Shown here piece after piece: positions 28,896-41,850 of a DNA stretch of 64,000 bases. This stretch comes from the human T2T-CHM13v2.0 reference genome, Homo sapiens, in assembly GCF_009914755.1 (NCBI RefSeq), contig NC_060926.1; one strand, given 5' to 3'. A program made the position numbers and the translations under genes. The notes below the pieces were generated by a model, which worked only from the letters and a program-made list of their open reading frames with translations, did not search any database and was not told where the DNA came from. Position 1 is the first letter of the stretch, and every line of letters begins with the position of its first letter.

Positions 28896-28944
28896 CTGAA
28901 TACCAAAGGGCTGATCTCTGATGTTCATGTCATCTTTGGCATAT
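28896..28944 (-). CDS. CIR1: CIR1 coding exon 6 (YAKDDMNIRDQPFGIQ), ends at a GC donor
   Basis: AATAG acceptor, 49 nt, donor CAG|GCAAGT; frame joins exon 7 (VRNVRC). Confidence 0.92.
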
Positions 28945-29344
28945 CTATTAAATAGAGGAAATGTACAAACACAATATTAAGAATAATTTAAAAAATTAAA
29001 CAGCAGTTAATCAGAAAAATAGTTTTACAGTTCTAAGAACATTATGAAATATATTACTTCAGTAAGAATACAGAACTATAAAATCTATCTAGTATTTCCA
29101 AACACCATTTAGTTATTATGTGTCTAGTCTGATAATTTGTGATATTAAAAAAATGAAAAAGTATATAAAACAAAAGACTATGAGCAAGCAGATTAGTTGA
29201 ATAAGACAGCTAATTAAAATCATTAAAGATAACTTTTCACATCAGTTGCCTCCTCTAATGATTGAAAAAGCAACATAAGATGGGATATCAGTAAATGTAA
29301 ACTTAATGATACATATCTTGTCTTAAAAGTAAACCAGTCCTTAC

Positions 29345-29409
29345 TTTTCTCGTGGGGCTCCTTTCTGCCATTCAAATTTGTATTCGGTCTCTCCTTCTGT
29401 TTCTTCTTT
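29345..29409 (-). CDS. CIR1: CIR1 coding exon 5 (KEETEGETEYKFEWQKGAPRE-K)
   Basis: TTTTTAG acceptor, AA|GTAAGG donor, 65 nt. Confidence 0.94.
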
Positions 29410-29497
29410 CTAAAAACATTCATTGAAAATTCTTTTAATTTTTCCATATAATACAATCAACTGCAAGTAAATTCAGACATAGAAAATAGTACTTTAC

Positions 29498-29508
29498 CTC
29501 TTTGTTTT
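29498..29508 (-). CDS. CIR1: CIR1 coding exon 4, 11-nt microexon (E-N-K-E)
   Basis: caag|AAAACAAAGAG|gtaaag; bridges phase-1 exon 3 to phase-0 exon 5 and gives the expected KKENKEKEETE. Confidence 0.88.
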
Positions 29509-30066
29509 CTTGATTGCATATCAAAAATATGGAAGAAAAAAGGTATGACAAGTTAAAAACTTCAATATAAAAATCTACTGTATACACTATGATATCATGT
29601 TATTTAATTGTCACTTGTAAGAATTCATTGGTTTGACTTTTTTTCTTCTTTCACATGATAAAAATTCAGACTATTGCAGGACAAAATACAAAATTAAAAT
29701 TAATAAGTATGTTAATTCACAGTTTTTAAACTTTTCACTGTTCATTGACAGTGAATATTATGTTTTTTATTTACAAATGCATTAAATATTTAGTAAGAAG
29801 GACTAAAGATACATATGCAAATTATTAAAGAATAAGTGTACTTTGGACATGAAAGTTTCTTCCTTCTCAAAGGGCACATTATGAAATATTATCAGATTAG
29901 AAAGATATTTTTTAGTATTTATTCTGTTGTATGATTATAGTTTTTATTATCTTCACAGGATAACAGCAATTTTAAAAGATGGAGAGCAACTTTAAAAAAA
30001 TATCTGTCATAGTACTTTTCCATCTTTAGCTGCAAACACATCAAAGACTTAAAAGAAAAGGAAGGA

Positions 30067-30380
30067 GGCCAGGTGCGGTGGCTCACGCTTGTAATCCCAG
30101 CACTTTGGGAGGCCGAGGTAGGTGGATCACGAGGTCAGGAGTTCAAGACCAGCCTGGCCAACATGGTGAAACTCTGTCTCTATTAAAGATACAAAAATTA
30201 GCCAGGCGTGGTGGCGTGCTCCTGTAATCCCAACTACTCGGGAGGCTGAGGCAGGAGAATTGCTCCAACTCAGGAGGTGGATGGAGGTTGTAGTGTGCTG
30301 AGATGGCACCACTGCACTCCAGCCTGGACGACAGGGCAAGACTGTGCCTCAGAAAAAAAAAAAAGAAAGAAAAAAAGAAA
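30067..30380 (+). mobile_element. AluS next to the CIR1 exon 3 donor
   Basis: Dimer; tail ends ~17 nt from the exon. Confidence 0.9.
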
Positions 30381-30397
30381 CGGAAGAAGATAAGTAC

Positions 30398-30471
30398 CTT
30401 TTTTAGCTCCTGGTGGGGCTTCATACATGAAATTAAGGCCATTCTTTACACGTTCATCTCCCATAAGCAAT
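30398..30471 (-). CDS. CIR1: CIR1 coding exon 3 ([24 protein letters not shown])
   Basis: TTAG acceptor, AAG|GTACTT donor, 74 nt, phase 2 to 1. Confidence 0.95.
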
Positions 30472-30965
30472 CTAAGTGAAACAAGACAAAGTTAACGATT
30501 TTATGTAGGACAAAAAAAAAAATTATAGAATAATCCACTCCCCACCAAAAAGCCTAAGGGAATTAAGATAAAATATTTTTGTTAGAAACAGAGTTCTAAA
30601 ACTTTACTCCACTAACTAGATTACATCTGAATGGAAATTAAACAGTGCTGTCTCTTTAGTAACTAGTTATAAGCTCTGAGACTTTCTTACTACCTGAGAG
30701 ATCCTACCCATCCTAACAAAAAAGGGGAAAAATAACATGGTCATTTTTCTTACAGGATTTTCTTAAACCCTGAAATGCTGTGGAAATTATGACAACTTTG
30801 AAATCCCATATGCCATCACAAATTTACAATTAAGTTAAATAGTGCCAACACTTTTTCTTGATTGTAAGGGATCAAACGGTTTTGTTTTATCCCACCAAAA
30901 AAAGAAAAGGCAAAGGAATCAGTTTTGGAAAAAATAAGTCTCTCAGGGATTTCTTTAGGAAGTCA

Positions 30966-31355
<390 letters not shown>

Positions 31356-32126
31356 CTACACATGCCAAGTAGTATGATGGACTCAGTGTCTGGTGCATGA
31401 CAAAAATCACATTCTTTATAGTTCTGTTTTAACACTCAAAGTTCCCTGTTTGAGCTCTGTTTAAAAAAAGATACACTAGGCTTTTTAGAAAAAAAAAGCT
31501 CTGTAACAAATGGAATGACTGGTTCAGTCAAAGTTTTAATTCATAAGATCCAAGTAAAAATAATAAAGAAGGAGGCTAAAGAGTGAATATAATTTCTCCT
31601 TATATTTGGAAAAGACAATCACAAAGGATATATGACATGAGTATAATTCCTCTCCTTATATCCACTGGATTCTATAAAGACCTGTAAAAAAGAAGCAAAA
31701 GGCCACAGGGATCTACATCCAATATATGTAGATATAAATAGAGTGATATTCAGCAATAAAAGGGACTGAAGTACTAGTATATGCAATACCGTGGGTCAAC
31801 TTCAAAAGCATTATGCTATGTGAAAGAAGCCAGTCACAAAAGACCACATGACATATGATCTAATTTATAGGTCATGTCCAGAATAGGTAAATCTATAGAG
31901 ACAGCAAGTAAATTAGTGGCTGCTCAGTGCTGAGAGGTAGAAGGAGAAAAAGGCAGGGGAATGAGAAGTGACTGCTAATGGGTAGAAGATTTCTTTTTTG
32001 GATAATGCAAATGTTCTGAAATTAGATTACAGTGATGGCTCCAAAAGTCTAAATATACTTCAACAAACACTTTAAACAGGTGTATAAGTTACATTTTAAA
32101 TTCACATCATTAAAAATATCAAAATC

Positions 32127-32427
32127 AGCTGGGCACGGGGGCTCACATCTGTAATCCCAGCACTTTGGGAGGCTGAGGCGGGTGGATCACCTCAGGTCAG
32201 GAGTTCGAGACCAGCTTGGCCAACATGGTGAAACTCCGTCTCTACTAAAAATACAAAAATTAGCCGGGCGTGGTGGCAGGCACCTGTAGTCCCAGCTATT
32301 TGGGAGGCTGAGGCACAAAAGTCGCTTGAACCTCGCAGGCAGAGGTTGGAGTGAGCCGAGATCGCGCCACTGCACTCCAGGCTGGGTGATAGAGTGAGAC
32401 TCCGTCTCAAAAAAAAAAAAAAAAAAA
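32127..32427 (+). mobile_element. AluS
   Basis: Dimer with poly(A). Confidence 0.9.
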
Positions 32428-32444
32428 TCAAAATCAAATACACT

Positions 32445-33225
32445 GAAAGCCAAGCTCGGTATCACTAGTTATTAGGGAAATGCAAATCAAAATCACAATG
32501 AGATATCACCTTGCACCTACTGGCTAGCTATCTTCCAAAAAAAAAAAAAAAAAAAGAAAATAACAAATGTTAGAGAGGATATGGAGAAACTGAAACCCAA
32601 GTCCATTACTAGTAGGAAATGTAAAATTGTGTAGTCACTGTGACAACCAGTTTCATGGTTCCTCAAAACGCTAAATATAAACCTACCATGTGATCCAGCA
32701 ATTCCACTCCTAGGTATATACCCAAAGGAACTAAAAACAAGGACTTGACCAGGTATTTCTATGCCAATGTTTATAGCAGCATTATTCACAATAGCCAAAA
32801 GGTGGAAGTAACCCAATACTCAAACAGATGGATAAACAAAATGTGGTATGTACATACAAAAGAGAATTATTCAGCCACAAAAAGGAATACAGTGCTGATA
32901 CATATTACAACATATATGAACCTTGGACACATTATACTAAGTGAAACAAGCCAGACACAAAGGAACAAATATATGATTCAATTTATATGAGGCATTTAGA
33001 ATAGGCAAATTCATAGACACAGAAAGTAGAATGGTGGTTGCCAGGGGCTGTGGGCCAAGGGGAATAGGGAATTATTCTTTAATGGTTTAATGGTTACAAA
33101 GTTTCTGTTTGAGATAACGAAAAAGTTTTGGAAATGATGATGGTTCACCACACTGAATTTAAGGGTACACTGAATTGCACACTTAAAATGGTAAATTTTA
33201 TGCAATATATATTTTACAAAAAAAC
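32445..33225 (+). mobile_element. L1MB-like 3' fragment
   Basis: Decayed ORF2 C-terminus and 3'UTR motifs (GGGAAATGCAAATCAAAATCACAATGAGAT; GATCCAGCAATTCCACTCCTAGGTATATACCC). Confidence 0.75.
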
Positions 33226-33616
33226 CCACAGACAAACCATTTCATTTATATGTGTATTTTTTATTTATTTCTCTTTGTTTTTTGGGGTTTTTTTTAGAGA
33301 CAAAGTCTCACTATGTTGCCCATGCTGGTCTCAAACTCCTGGACTCAAGCAATCCTCCTGCCACAAAGTGTTGGGATTACAGGCATAAGCCATTGTGCCC
33401 AGCCCAATTCATTTATATTGAAAAAAAAAAATAATAAAACCCAAACTAAAAGATTGTTTTCCACTTTATGCAAAATTCAAGACATATATAAAATAAAAGG
33501 TAAAGGTATAATATTGGTATTTTTGTTTCAACCTCAACTGAAAATTTACATAGATTTTTTTGACATCCCATAAAATCTTTGTATGTATCTAGACAGAATA
33601 ATAAATGTGATTTTCA

Positions 33617-33925
33617 GCTGGGCATGGCGGCTCATGCCTGTAATCCCAGCACTTTGGGAGGCCAAGGCGGGAGGATTGCTTGAGTCCAGGAGTTCAAGAT
33701 CAGACTGATCAACACAGTGAGTGAGAGACCCTGTCTCTACAAAAAAGAAAAAATTAGCTGGGTGTGGTGGTGTGTGCCTGTAGTTCCAGCTATTCAGGAG
33801 ACCGAAGCAGGAGGATCGCTTGAACCCAGAAGTTTGAGGCTGCAGTGAGACATAATCATACCACTGCACTCCAGCCTGGGCAACAGAGTGAGACCTTCCT
33901 CTCAAAAAAAAAAAAAAAACAAAAT
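33617..33925 (+). mobile_element. AluJ
   Basis: Dimer with poly(A). Confidence 0.88.
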
Positions 33926-34861
33926 TTTTTTTTTCATCTTAGGAAAAAAGTATAAAGCGACTAAGGTGATTGATATAATAAACATTAAGAAATCTCTAGG
34001 ACAGTAAAAACAAAAGAGAAACAATAGATTACTGAAGAATGAAATTGGCTATCAAAAACAGTACTTTTGAATGAGGAAGAAATAAACACTTGGCAAATGA
34101 CCAATTACTCATAAATTTGCATTTAAATGACCAAACCTAGAAGTAATAATATCTTAGTAGCAATGAACACACTTAGTGCTCAGATCGTGGTTTCTAAATA
34201 TCATTCACCAATGAAAGGAATCTGGGTGCCTAAGAAAACTGGTTGATGCCAATGCTGCAGCAGGGAAAATAAAAGACGAGTCTGACCACCTTGTGGGACC
34301 AGAAGCAGCATTAAAAAAACAAAACAAAACAGGGTTGGTGCATGTTAAATGGATATACGAGCCAATCTAACAGAGCTCTCAATGGCCCAAACTGAAACAA
34401 CTGGAGCAAGAAAATAAGTAACAATAGTATTATATTATAATCCAAAGAATTAAATAAACAGCCATGAGTCCATATTGATAGAAAATTAATAGTAACTAGA
34501 TAAGGGAAATTCTTCCTTACAGAGGAATTCAAATTAATAAATGTAGAGGGAATGATAGAAATAGAAAATAACCATTAGAACATCACAGAAATATATAATT
34601 GATGCAAGCAAGATCTACTGATGAATACCAAAATTAGGCAAAAGTCCAAGGAGAAACAGGGTATTTGCAGGGCTTCAAATATTAATTAAAAGGGAAAATA
34701 GTAACTTTTTTTAAAGATAAAGAATAAACATGAACACTGTGATCTGTTTCAAACCTAGTTTTTCACCTCCACTCTGTTTTTATCCCTCTAACTCAACAAC
34801 TGTTTCCTGAATACCCTCTCCATTTTCCAATATGTTTTTACTATTAATAATATAAAAATAA

Positions 34862-35193
<332 letters not shown>

Positions 35194-36371
35194 CTATTGA
35201 CATTTTGAACTAGATAGTTCTTTGTTGTGTGGAGCTGTCCTGTGCATTGTAGGCTGTTTTGCGGCATCCATAGTCTCCACCCACTAGATGTTGATAGCAC
35301 CCCAGTCCGCAGTTGTGACAATCAAAACAATGTCTCCAAACATTGCCACGTTCCCTGGGCAGGGTGGCAGGGAGGGCGCAAAAAACGGCGCTCAGTTGAG
35401 AACCACCTATCTAAATCCTTATCATTCTTCAGAGTTCAGCTTAAATGTCACCTCTTCCATAAAGTCTTCTGTTAACCTAAATGGAATTATTATTTCCTAT
35501 ACTAACATGCTGTATTTTTAAAAGCAGTGTATGTTTTTAATATATCAGTTATTATATTTGGCCTTCAACTATATGTATTTGTATCTCTTACTAGGGTTTC
35601 TTAAGGATAAACTACACTTCACACACTTTTATAGGTCCCTATAATACCACTTATTGCCATGCATGGAGTACTCAATAAAAGTTACTAAGATTAAATAAAA
35701 TTAGTGAGAAAGCTACTTAACTTTTATTTCTTTAACTTTCCTCTCAATATATTATATTTTAAAGAGTAGTAATAGTTTAGTATTACTTTGCTAAATTCCA
35801 TATTTTGATTGAAAACTGAACTTCATGGGCAATTTACCAAAACACCACTATTCAGTGGCTTAAGATTAACCAAGAGAAACCAGCTTCAGTGTTAGATCTG
35901 CATATACAAACACAATAGTTAAAGGCAGGTACCATGTTAGAAGACACCAATGAAGAACTCTAGCCACGAAACAGCTTTTAACAGAACAATGACATGCGTG
36001 TCAAATAAAGTCACTTTACCTTTCCTCTTGAAAGTATGCTGGGTATCTTTTGTGTTAAAGAAATAAGTCTGTAAGAGGTCTCAGCAGTTCAAGTGTAGAC
36101 ATGATTGTTCTTCTAAGCTTTGCCTAATTTGAGACTTGCTCAAAGACTGTATATGAGTCACGTGAATCTATATTTTACGTGAATTATGGGTAAAGCTGGA
36201 AAAAGTGGTCATCTACAGGTATGAGAGTAAAAGAGATAGCCCTCACGGAAAGACACGAATCCTATAATTGGGTATTTGATTCCAAAAAACTGACTTAATA
36301 TATCATTCAGTAGGAAATTATTCCCATGAAATTGATAATTCTAGATATACTGGCATAACAGAATTTCTTAC

Positions 36372-36466
36372 CTATTATCATATGATTCTTGTTCTTTAAG
36401 ATATTGCTGCATCAATTCTTCTTGTTTCTTCTTATCATATGATATTTTCTGTTCTGCCATCCATAC
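36372..36466 (-). CDS. CIR1: CIR1 coding exon 2 ([32 protein letters not shown])
   Basis: CTAG acceptor, AG|GTAAGA donor, 95 nt, phase 0 to 2, continues the exon 1 frame. Confidence 0.95.
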
Positions 36467-36566
36467 CTAGATTAGTGAAGTAAAAATGCAAATTAAATTG
36501 TTGGATTTAAATTAAACAAACTTTGCTTTTCTTGTATAATAAAATATAAAATGCAATTGTTTAAAG

Positions 36567-36805
36567 CAGGAGTGCCCAATCTTTTGGCTTCCCTGGGCCA
36601 CAGAAAACACACTAATACACAGTGGAAGAAGAAGAATTGTCTTGGGCCACACAAAATATACTAACGATAGCCAACGAGCTAAAAAAAAGAAAAGGGCAAA
36701 AAAATCTCATAATGTTTTAAGAAAGTTTACAAATTTGTGTTGGGCCACATTCAAAGCCGTCCTGGGCCACATGTGACCCACAGGCCAAGAGCTGGATAAA
36801 CTTGG
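36567..36805 (+). mobile_element. MER30-like hAT MITE
   Basis: CAGGAGTGCCCAATCTTTTGGCTTCCCTGGGCCAC...GGATAAACTTGG. Confidence 0.7.
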
Positions 36806-36894
36806 CTGAAAGTTTACAACATAATCCAATTTGGCCGCAATTACATCATTACAAATTAACACCTGAAAAATCTGAAGTGTCTTGATACGAGTTC

Positions 36895-37187
36895 TTTTTA
36901 TTTTTGAGACGAAGTCTGGCTATCACCCAGACTGGAGTGCAATGGCATGATCTTGGCTCACTGCAACCTCTTCCTCCCAGGTTGAAGTGATTTTCCTGCC
37001 TCAGCCTCCGGAGTAGCTGGGATTACAGGACCCTGCCACCACACCAAACTAATTTTTTTGTATTTTTAGTAGAGAAGGGGTTTCGCTATGTTGGCCAGGC
37101 TGGTCTTGAACTCCTGACCTCAGGCAATCCGCCTGCCTCAGCCTCCCCAAGTGCTGGGATTACAGGCGTAAGCCACTGTGCCCAGTC
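36895..37187 (-). mobile_element. AluS
   Basis: Dimeric Alu sequence. Confidence 0.88.
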
Positions 37188-37433
37188 CACAGAATGCTTT
37201 ATAGCAAGTTTGGGTTTTTTCAAAGCTGTATTTATAGTTTAAATTATATTAACTATATTCATAGGTAGTCAATGTTATACATTTCTTATATATCCTTCCA
37301 AGATGTTCTAATATATATATATATGCAAAAGAACATATACCACATTCTTCTTATATAAATGGTAACATATTTTACGCAAACACACACACGCACACAAAAT
37401 ATATATAAAATAAAATTATATATCATGGAGATC

Positions 37434-39711
37434 TGATATGGTTTGGCTGTGTCCCCACACAAATCTCATCTTGAATCATAGTTCCCATAATCCCCATGTG
37501 TCATGGGAGGGACCCGGTGGGATGTAATTGAATCATGGGGGCGGTTACACTTCATGCTGTTCTCATGACAGTGGGTGAGTTCTCACAAGATCTGATGGTT
37601 TTATAAGGGGTTTTTCCTCTTTTGCTCAGCACTTCTCCTCACTGCTACCATGTGAGGAAGGACATGTTTGCTTCCCCTTCTGCCATGATTGTAAGTTTCC
37701 TGTCAATTAAACCTCTTGCCTTTATAAATTACTCAGTCTTGGTCATTTCTTCATAGCAGCGTGAGAATAGACTAATATAGTACATTGGTATAGGTAGAAT
37801 GGAGGGCTGCTAAAAGGATACCCGAAAATGTGGAAGTGACTTTAGAACTGGGTAACAGGTGGAGGTTGGAACAGGAAAATGTGGGAAACTCTGGAACTTC
37901 CTAGAGAATTGGAGTGCTCAGAAAACAGGAAGATGTGGGAAAGTATGGAACTTCCTAGAGACTTGTTGAATGGCTTTAACCAAAACGCTGATAGTAATAT
38001 GGACAATGAAGTCCAGGATGAGGTGGTCTCAGATGGAGATGGGAAACCTTTTGGGAAGTGGAGTAAAAGTCTCTCTTGCTAGGCAAAGAAACTGGTGGCA
38101 TTTTGCCTCTGCCCCAGAGATCTGTGGAACTTTGAACTTGAGAGAGATGACTTAAGGTATCCGGTAGAAGAAATTTCTAAGCAGTAAAGCATTCAAGAGG
38201 AAGCACAGCATAAAATTCTGGAAATTCTGCAGCCTGACAATGCAATAGAGAAGAAAACCCTATTTTCTGGGGAGAAATTCAAGCCGGCTGCAGAAATTTG
38301 CATAAATAATGAGAAGTCGAATGTTAATCACCAAGACAAGGGAAAATGTCTCCAGGGTATGTCAGAGACCTTCACAGCAGCCCCTCCCATCATAGGCCTG
38401 GAGGCCTAGGAGAAGGAAAAAAGTGGTTTCCTGGGCCGGGTCCAGCCTCTCAACTGCTGGGTACAACCTTTGGTCTTCGTGCCCTGCATTCCAGCCACTC
38501 CAGCTATGGCCACTGCTTCAGAGAATGCAAGCCCCAAACCTTGGCAGCTTCCAGGTGATGTTGGGCCTACACGTGCGCAGAAGGCAAGAACTGAGGTTTG
38601 GGAACCTCTGCCTAGATTTCAGAAGATGTATGGAAACACCTGGATGTTCAGGCAGATGTTTGCTGCAGGGGTGGAACCCTCTTGGAGAACCTCTACTAGG
38701 GCAGTGCGGAAGGGAAATGTGGGGTCGGAGCCCCCACACAGAGTCCCTACTGGGGTACTGCCTAGTGGAGCTGTGAGAAGAGGGCCTCTGTCCTCCAGAC
38801 CCCAGTATAGTAGATCCACCAACTTGTACCATGTGCCTGGAAAAGCCACAGACACTCAACACCAGCCCATGAAAGCATCCAGGAGAGGGGTTATACCCTG
38901 CAAAGCCACAGGGGCAGAGCTGCCCAAGGCTTTGGGAGCCTACCTCTTGCATCAGCACACCCTGGATATGAGACATGAAGTCAAAGGAGATCCTTTTGGC
39001 ACTTTAAGGTTTAATGACTGCCCTATTGGATTTTGGACTTGCATGGGGCCTGTAGCCCCTTTGTTTTGTCCAAATTGTCCCATTGGGGATGGGTGTATTT
39101 ACCCAATGCCTGTACTCCTGTTGTATCCAGGAAGTCATTAACTTGCTTTTGATTTTACAGGCTCATAGGTGGAAGGGACTTGCCTTGTCTTACATGAGAC
39201 TTTGGACTTAGACATTTGAGTTAATGCTGGAATGAGTTAAGACTTTGGTTGTTAAGGGCAGGATTGTGTTTTGAAATGTGAGGACATGAGATCTGGAAGG
39301 GGCTGGGGTGGAATGGTATGGTTTGGCTGTGTCCCCACCCAATCTCATCTTGAATTGTAGTTCCCATAATCCCCGCGTATCGTGGGAGGAACCCGATGGG
39401 AGGTAACTGAATAAAAGGGGCTGTTACCTCCATGGTGTTTTCGTGATAGTGAGTGAGTTCTCAGGAAATTTGATGGATAAAACCATCAGAAAAGGAGCTT
39501 TTCCTCTTTTGCTCGGCATTTCTCCTTGCTGTCACCATGTGAAGAAAGACGTGTTTGCTTCCCCTTCTGCCATGATTTTAAGTTTCCTGAGGCCTCCCCA
39601 GCCCTGCAGAACTGCAAGTCAATTAAAATTCTTTCCTTATAAATTACCCAGTCTCAGGTATTTCTTCATAGCAGCATGAGAACAGACTAATACTAATACA
39701 AGACTAATATG
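37434..39711 (+). mobile_element. Full-length THE1C/D-like MaLR LTR element (LTRs 37434-37779 and 39314 to ~39700)
   Basis: Two direct LTRs starting TGATATGGTTTGGCTGTGTCCCCAC; THE1-int-like interior; flanks AGATC/GGATC. Confidence 0.9.
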
Positions 39712-40036
39712 GATCAGTAAACAAACACTTTCTTCTTTTGGGTGGTAAAGTTGCATATTGTGGGACTATACCATAATTTATAATTTATTTATCTCATACT
39801 GTATAAATGGGCACTTAAGAAATTTCCAGTATTTTGCTATTAAAAATTTTGCTGCAAGAACTCAATACACAGGTAATTTCACACACATTTGACAGGGTTT
39901 TGAAAAGGATCAAGGCATGGCCAAGGAAAAAAACAGGGCAAGATATAACTGGCAGAGAGAATGACTCAGGCAAAGGCCCAGAGATATAAAATAGAACGTA
40001 AGTAGTTCAATATTACTAACATATAAAATCTTAGGT

Positions 40037-40298
40037 TGGGCTGAGGTGGGCAGATCACCTTAAGTCAGGAGTCTGAGACCAGCCTGGCCAACATGGTGAA
40101 ACTCCATCTCTACTAAAAATACAAAAATTAGCCAGGCGTGGTGGTGTGTATCTGTAATCCCAGCTACTCGGAAAGCTGAGGCAGGAGAATCACCTAAGCC
40201 TGGGAGGTAGAGGCTTCAGTGAGCTGAGACTGCATCACTGCACTCTAGCCTGGGCAACAGAGTGAGCCTCCATCTCAAAAAATAAATAAATAAATAAA
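40037..40298 (+). mobile_element. AluS, slightly 5'-truncated
   Basis: Dimer with (TAAA)n tail. Confidence 0.88.
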
Positions 40299-40675
40299 TC
40301 TGAGGTGGGAGAATAGTAGGAGGGGAGAAGGAGAAAAACGATGGAGTGAGATTACTTGGACTCAATCCTGTAATATTTTAATAACAGGCTGAAAGAGATC
40401 AGATTTGTGCTTAAAAAAAGACAATTCTATCGAAATAACTTACATTCATACAATGGAATATTATTTAGCAATAAAAAGGAAAAAGTACCAATACATGCCA
40501 TACCATGGATAAACTTCAAAAACATTATGGTGAGAGTAGCCAGTCAAAAAAGACCACAGATTGCATGATTCCATTTAAATGAATTTCCAGAATAGGCAAA
40601 TCCACTAACAGAAAGTAGATTAGTGCTTGCCTAGGGCTGGAGAGAGGGAGAAGAGTTAAGGAAAAATGGGAGTGA

Positions 40676-41014
<339 letters not shown>

Positions 41015-41129
41015 TAAAATTGTTTGTGGTAATGATTACTTAACTCCATGAATACATTTTAAAAACCACTAAATTGTACATTTTACATGGGTGTTTGTAT
41101 GATATGTAAATTTATCTCAGCAGAGCTGT

Positions 41130-41850
41130 TAAAATGAAAAATGACTATTCTGATGGCTGTGTAGTGAATGGATTTGAGAGGACTCAAGATTGGAGGCAGT
41201 AGAACCACTTAGGAAATGCAACAATATAGGTGAAAGATGATGAGGGTCTGAATTAAGACACAAGCAGCAGTGACAGAAAGGAAAGATGGATTCAAGAGAT
41301 ATTTGGAAGGTAAGACCAATAGCATTCAGTGATTGACTAGATAAAGGAGTGATGGGAAAAGGGATGAATCCTGAGCTTCTGGTTTGGGCAACAGGATGAG
41401 GGACTGTTTTACTATCTATATTTCTACCCATATGAGATAGCAAGTATAAAAAGGGCTGATTTGGGGTAAAAAACTTTTATATCAGATATGTTGAGTTTGA
41501 GGTGCCTATAGGACATCAAGATGCAAATGTCTAGTAGATAGCTGTCTTGAGCCACATCAAAGTTAAGAAGAGAAAACTGGGACTGCAGATTTGAGTCATG
41601 AGTAAACAGGCTAGTTAAAACAGGCTAGTTGGATGTGATTGCTTGGGGCAAGCATACTAAGTAAGCAAGAAGTGGGCCAAGGATGAAACTCTGGGGAACA
41701 CTTATATTTTAGGAGCAGGCTAAGAATAAAGATCCAGTGAAGTTGATGGGAAAAGAACAGTCTAATAAGAGAGCTGGAAAACTAGAAGAGAGTAGTTATT
41801 ACAGCTAAGGGAACAGAGAGTTTCACAAAAAAAGGGAGTTTACAGTGATG
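41130..41850. mobile_element. L2-like fragment
   Basis: Purine-rich L2-type motifs (GAGATATTTGGAAGGTAAGACCAATAG; TGTTGAGTTTGAGGTGCCTATAGGACATC). Confidence 0.55.
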
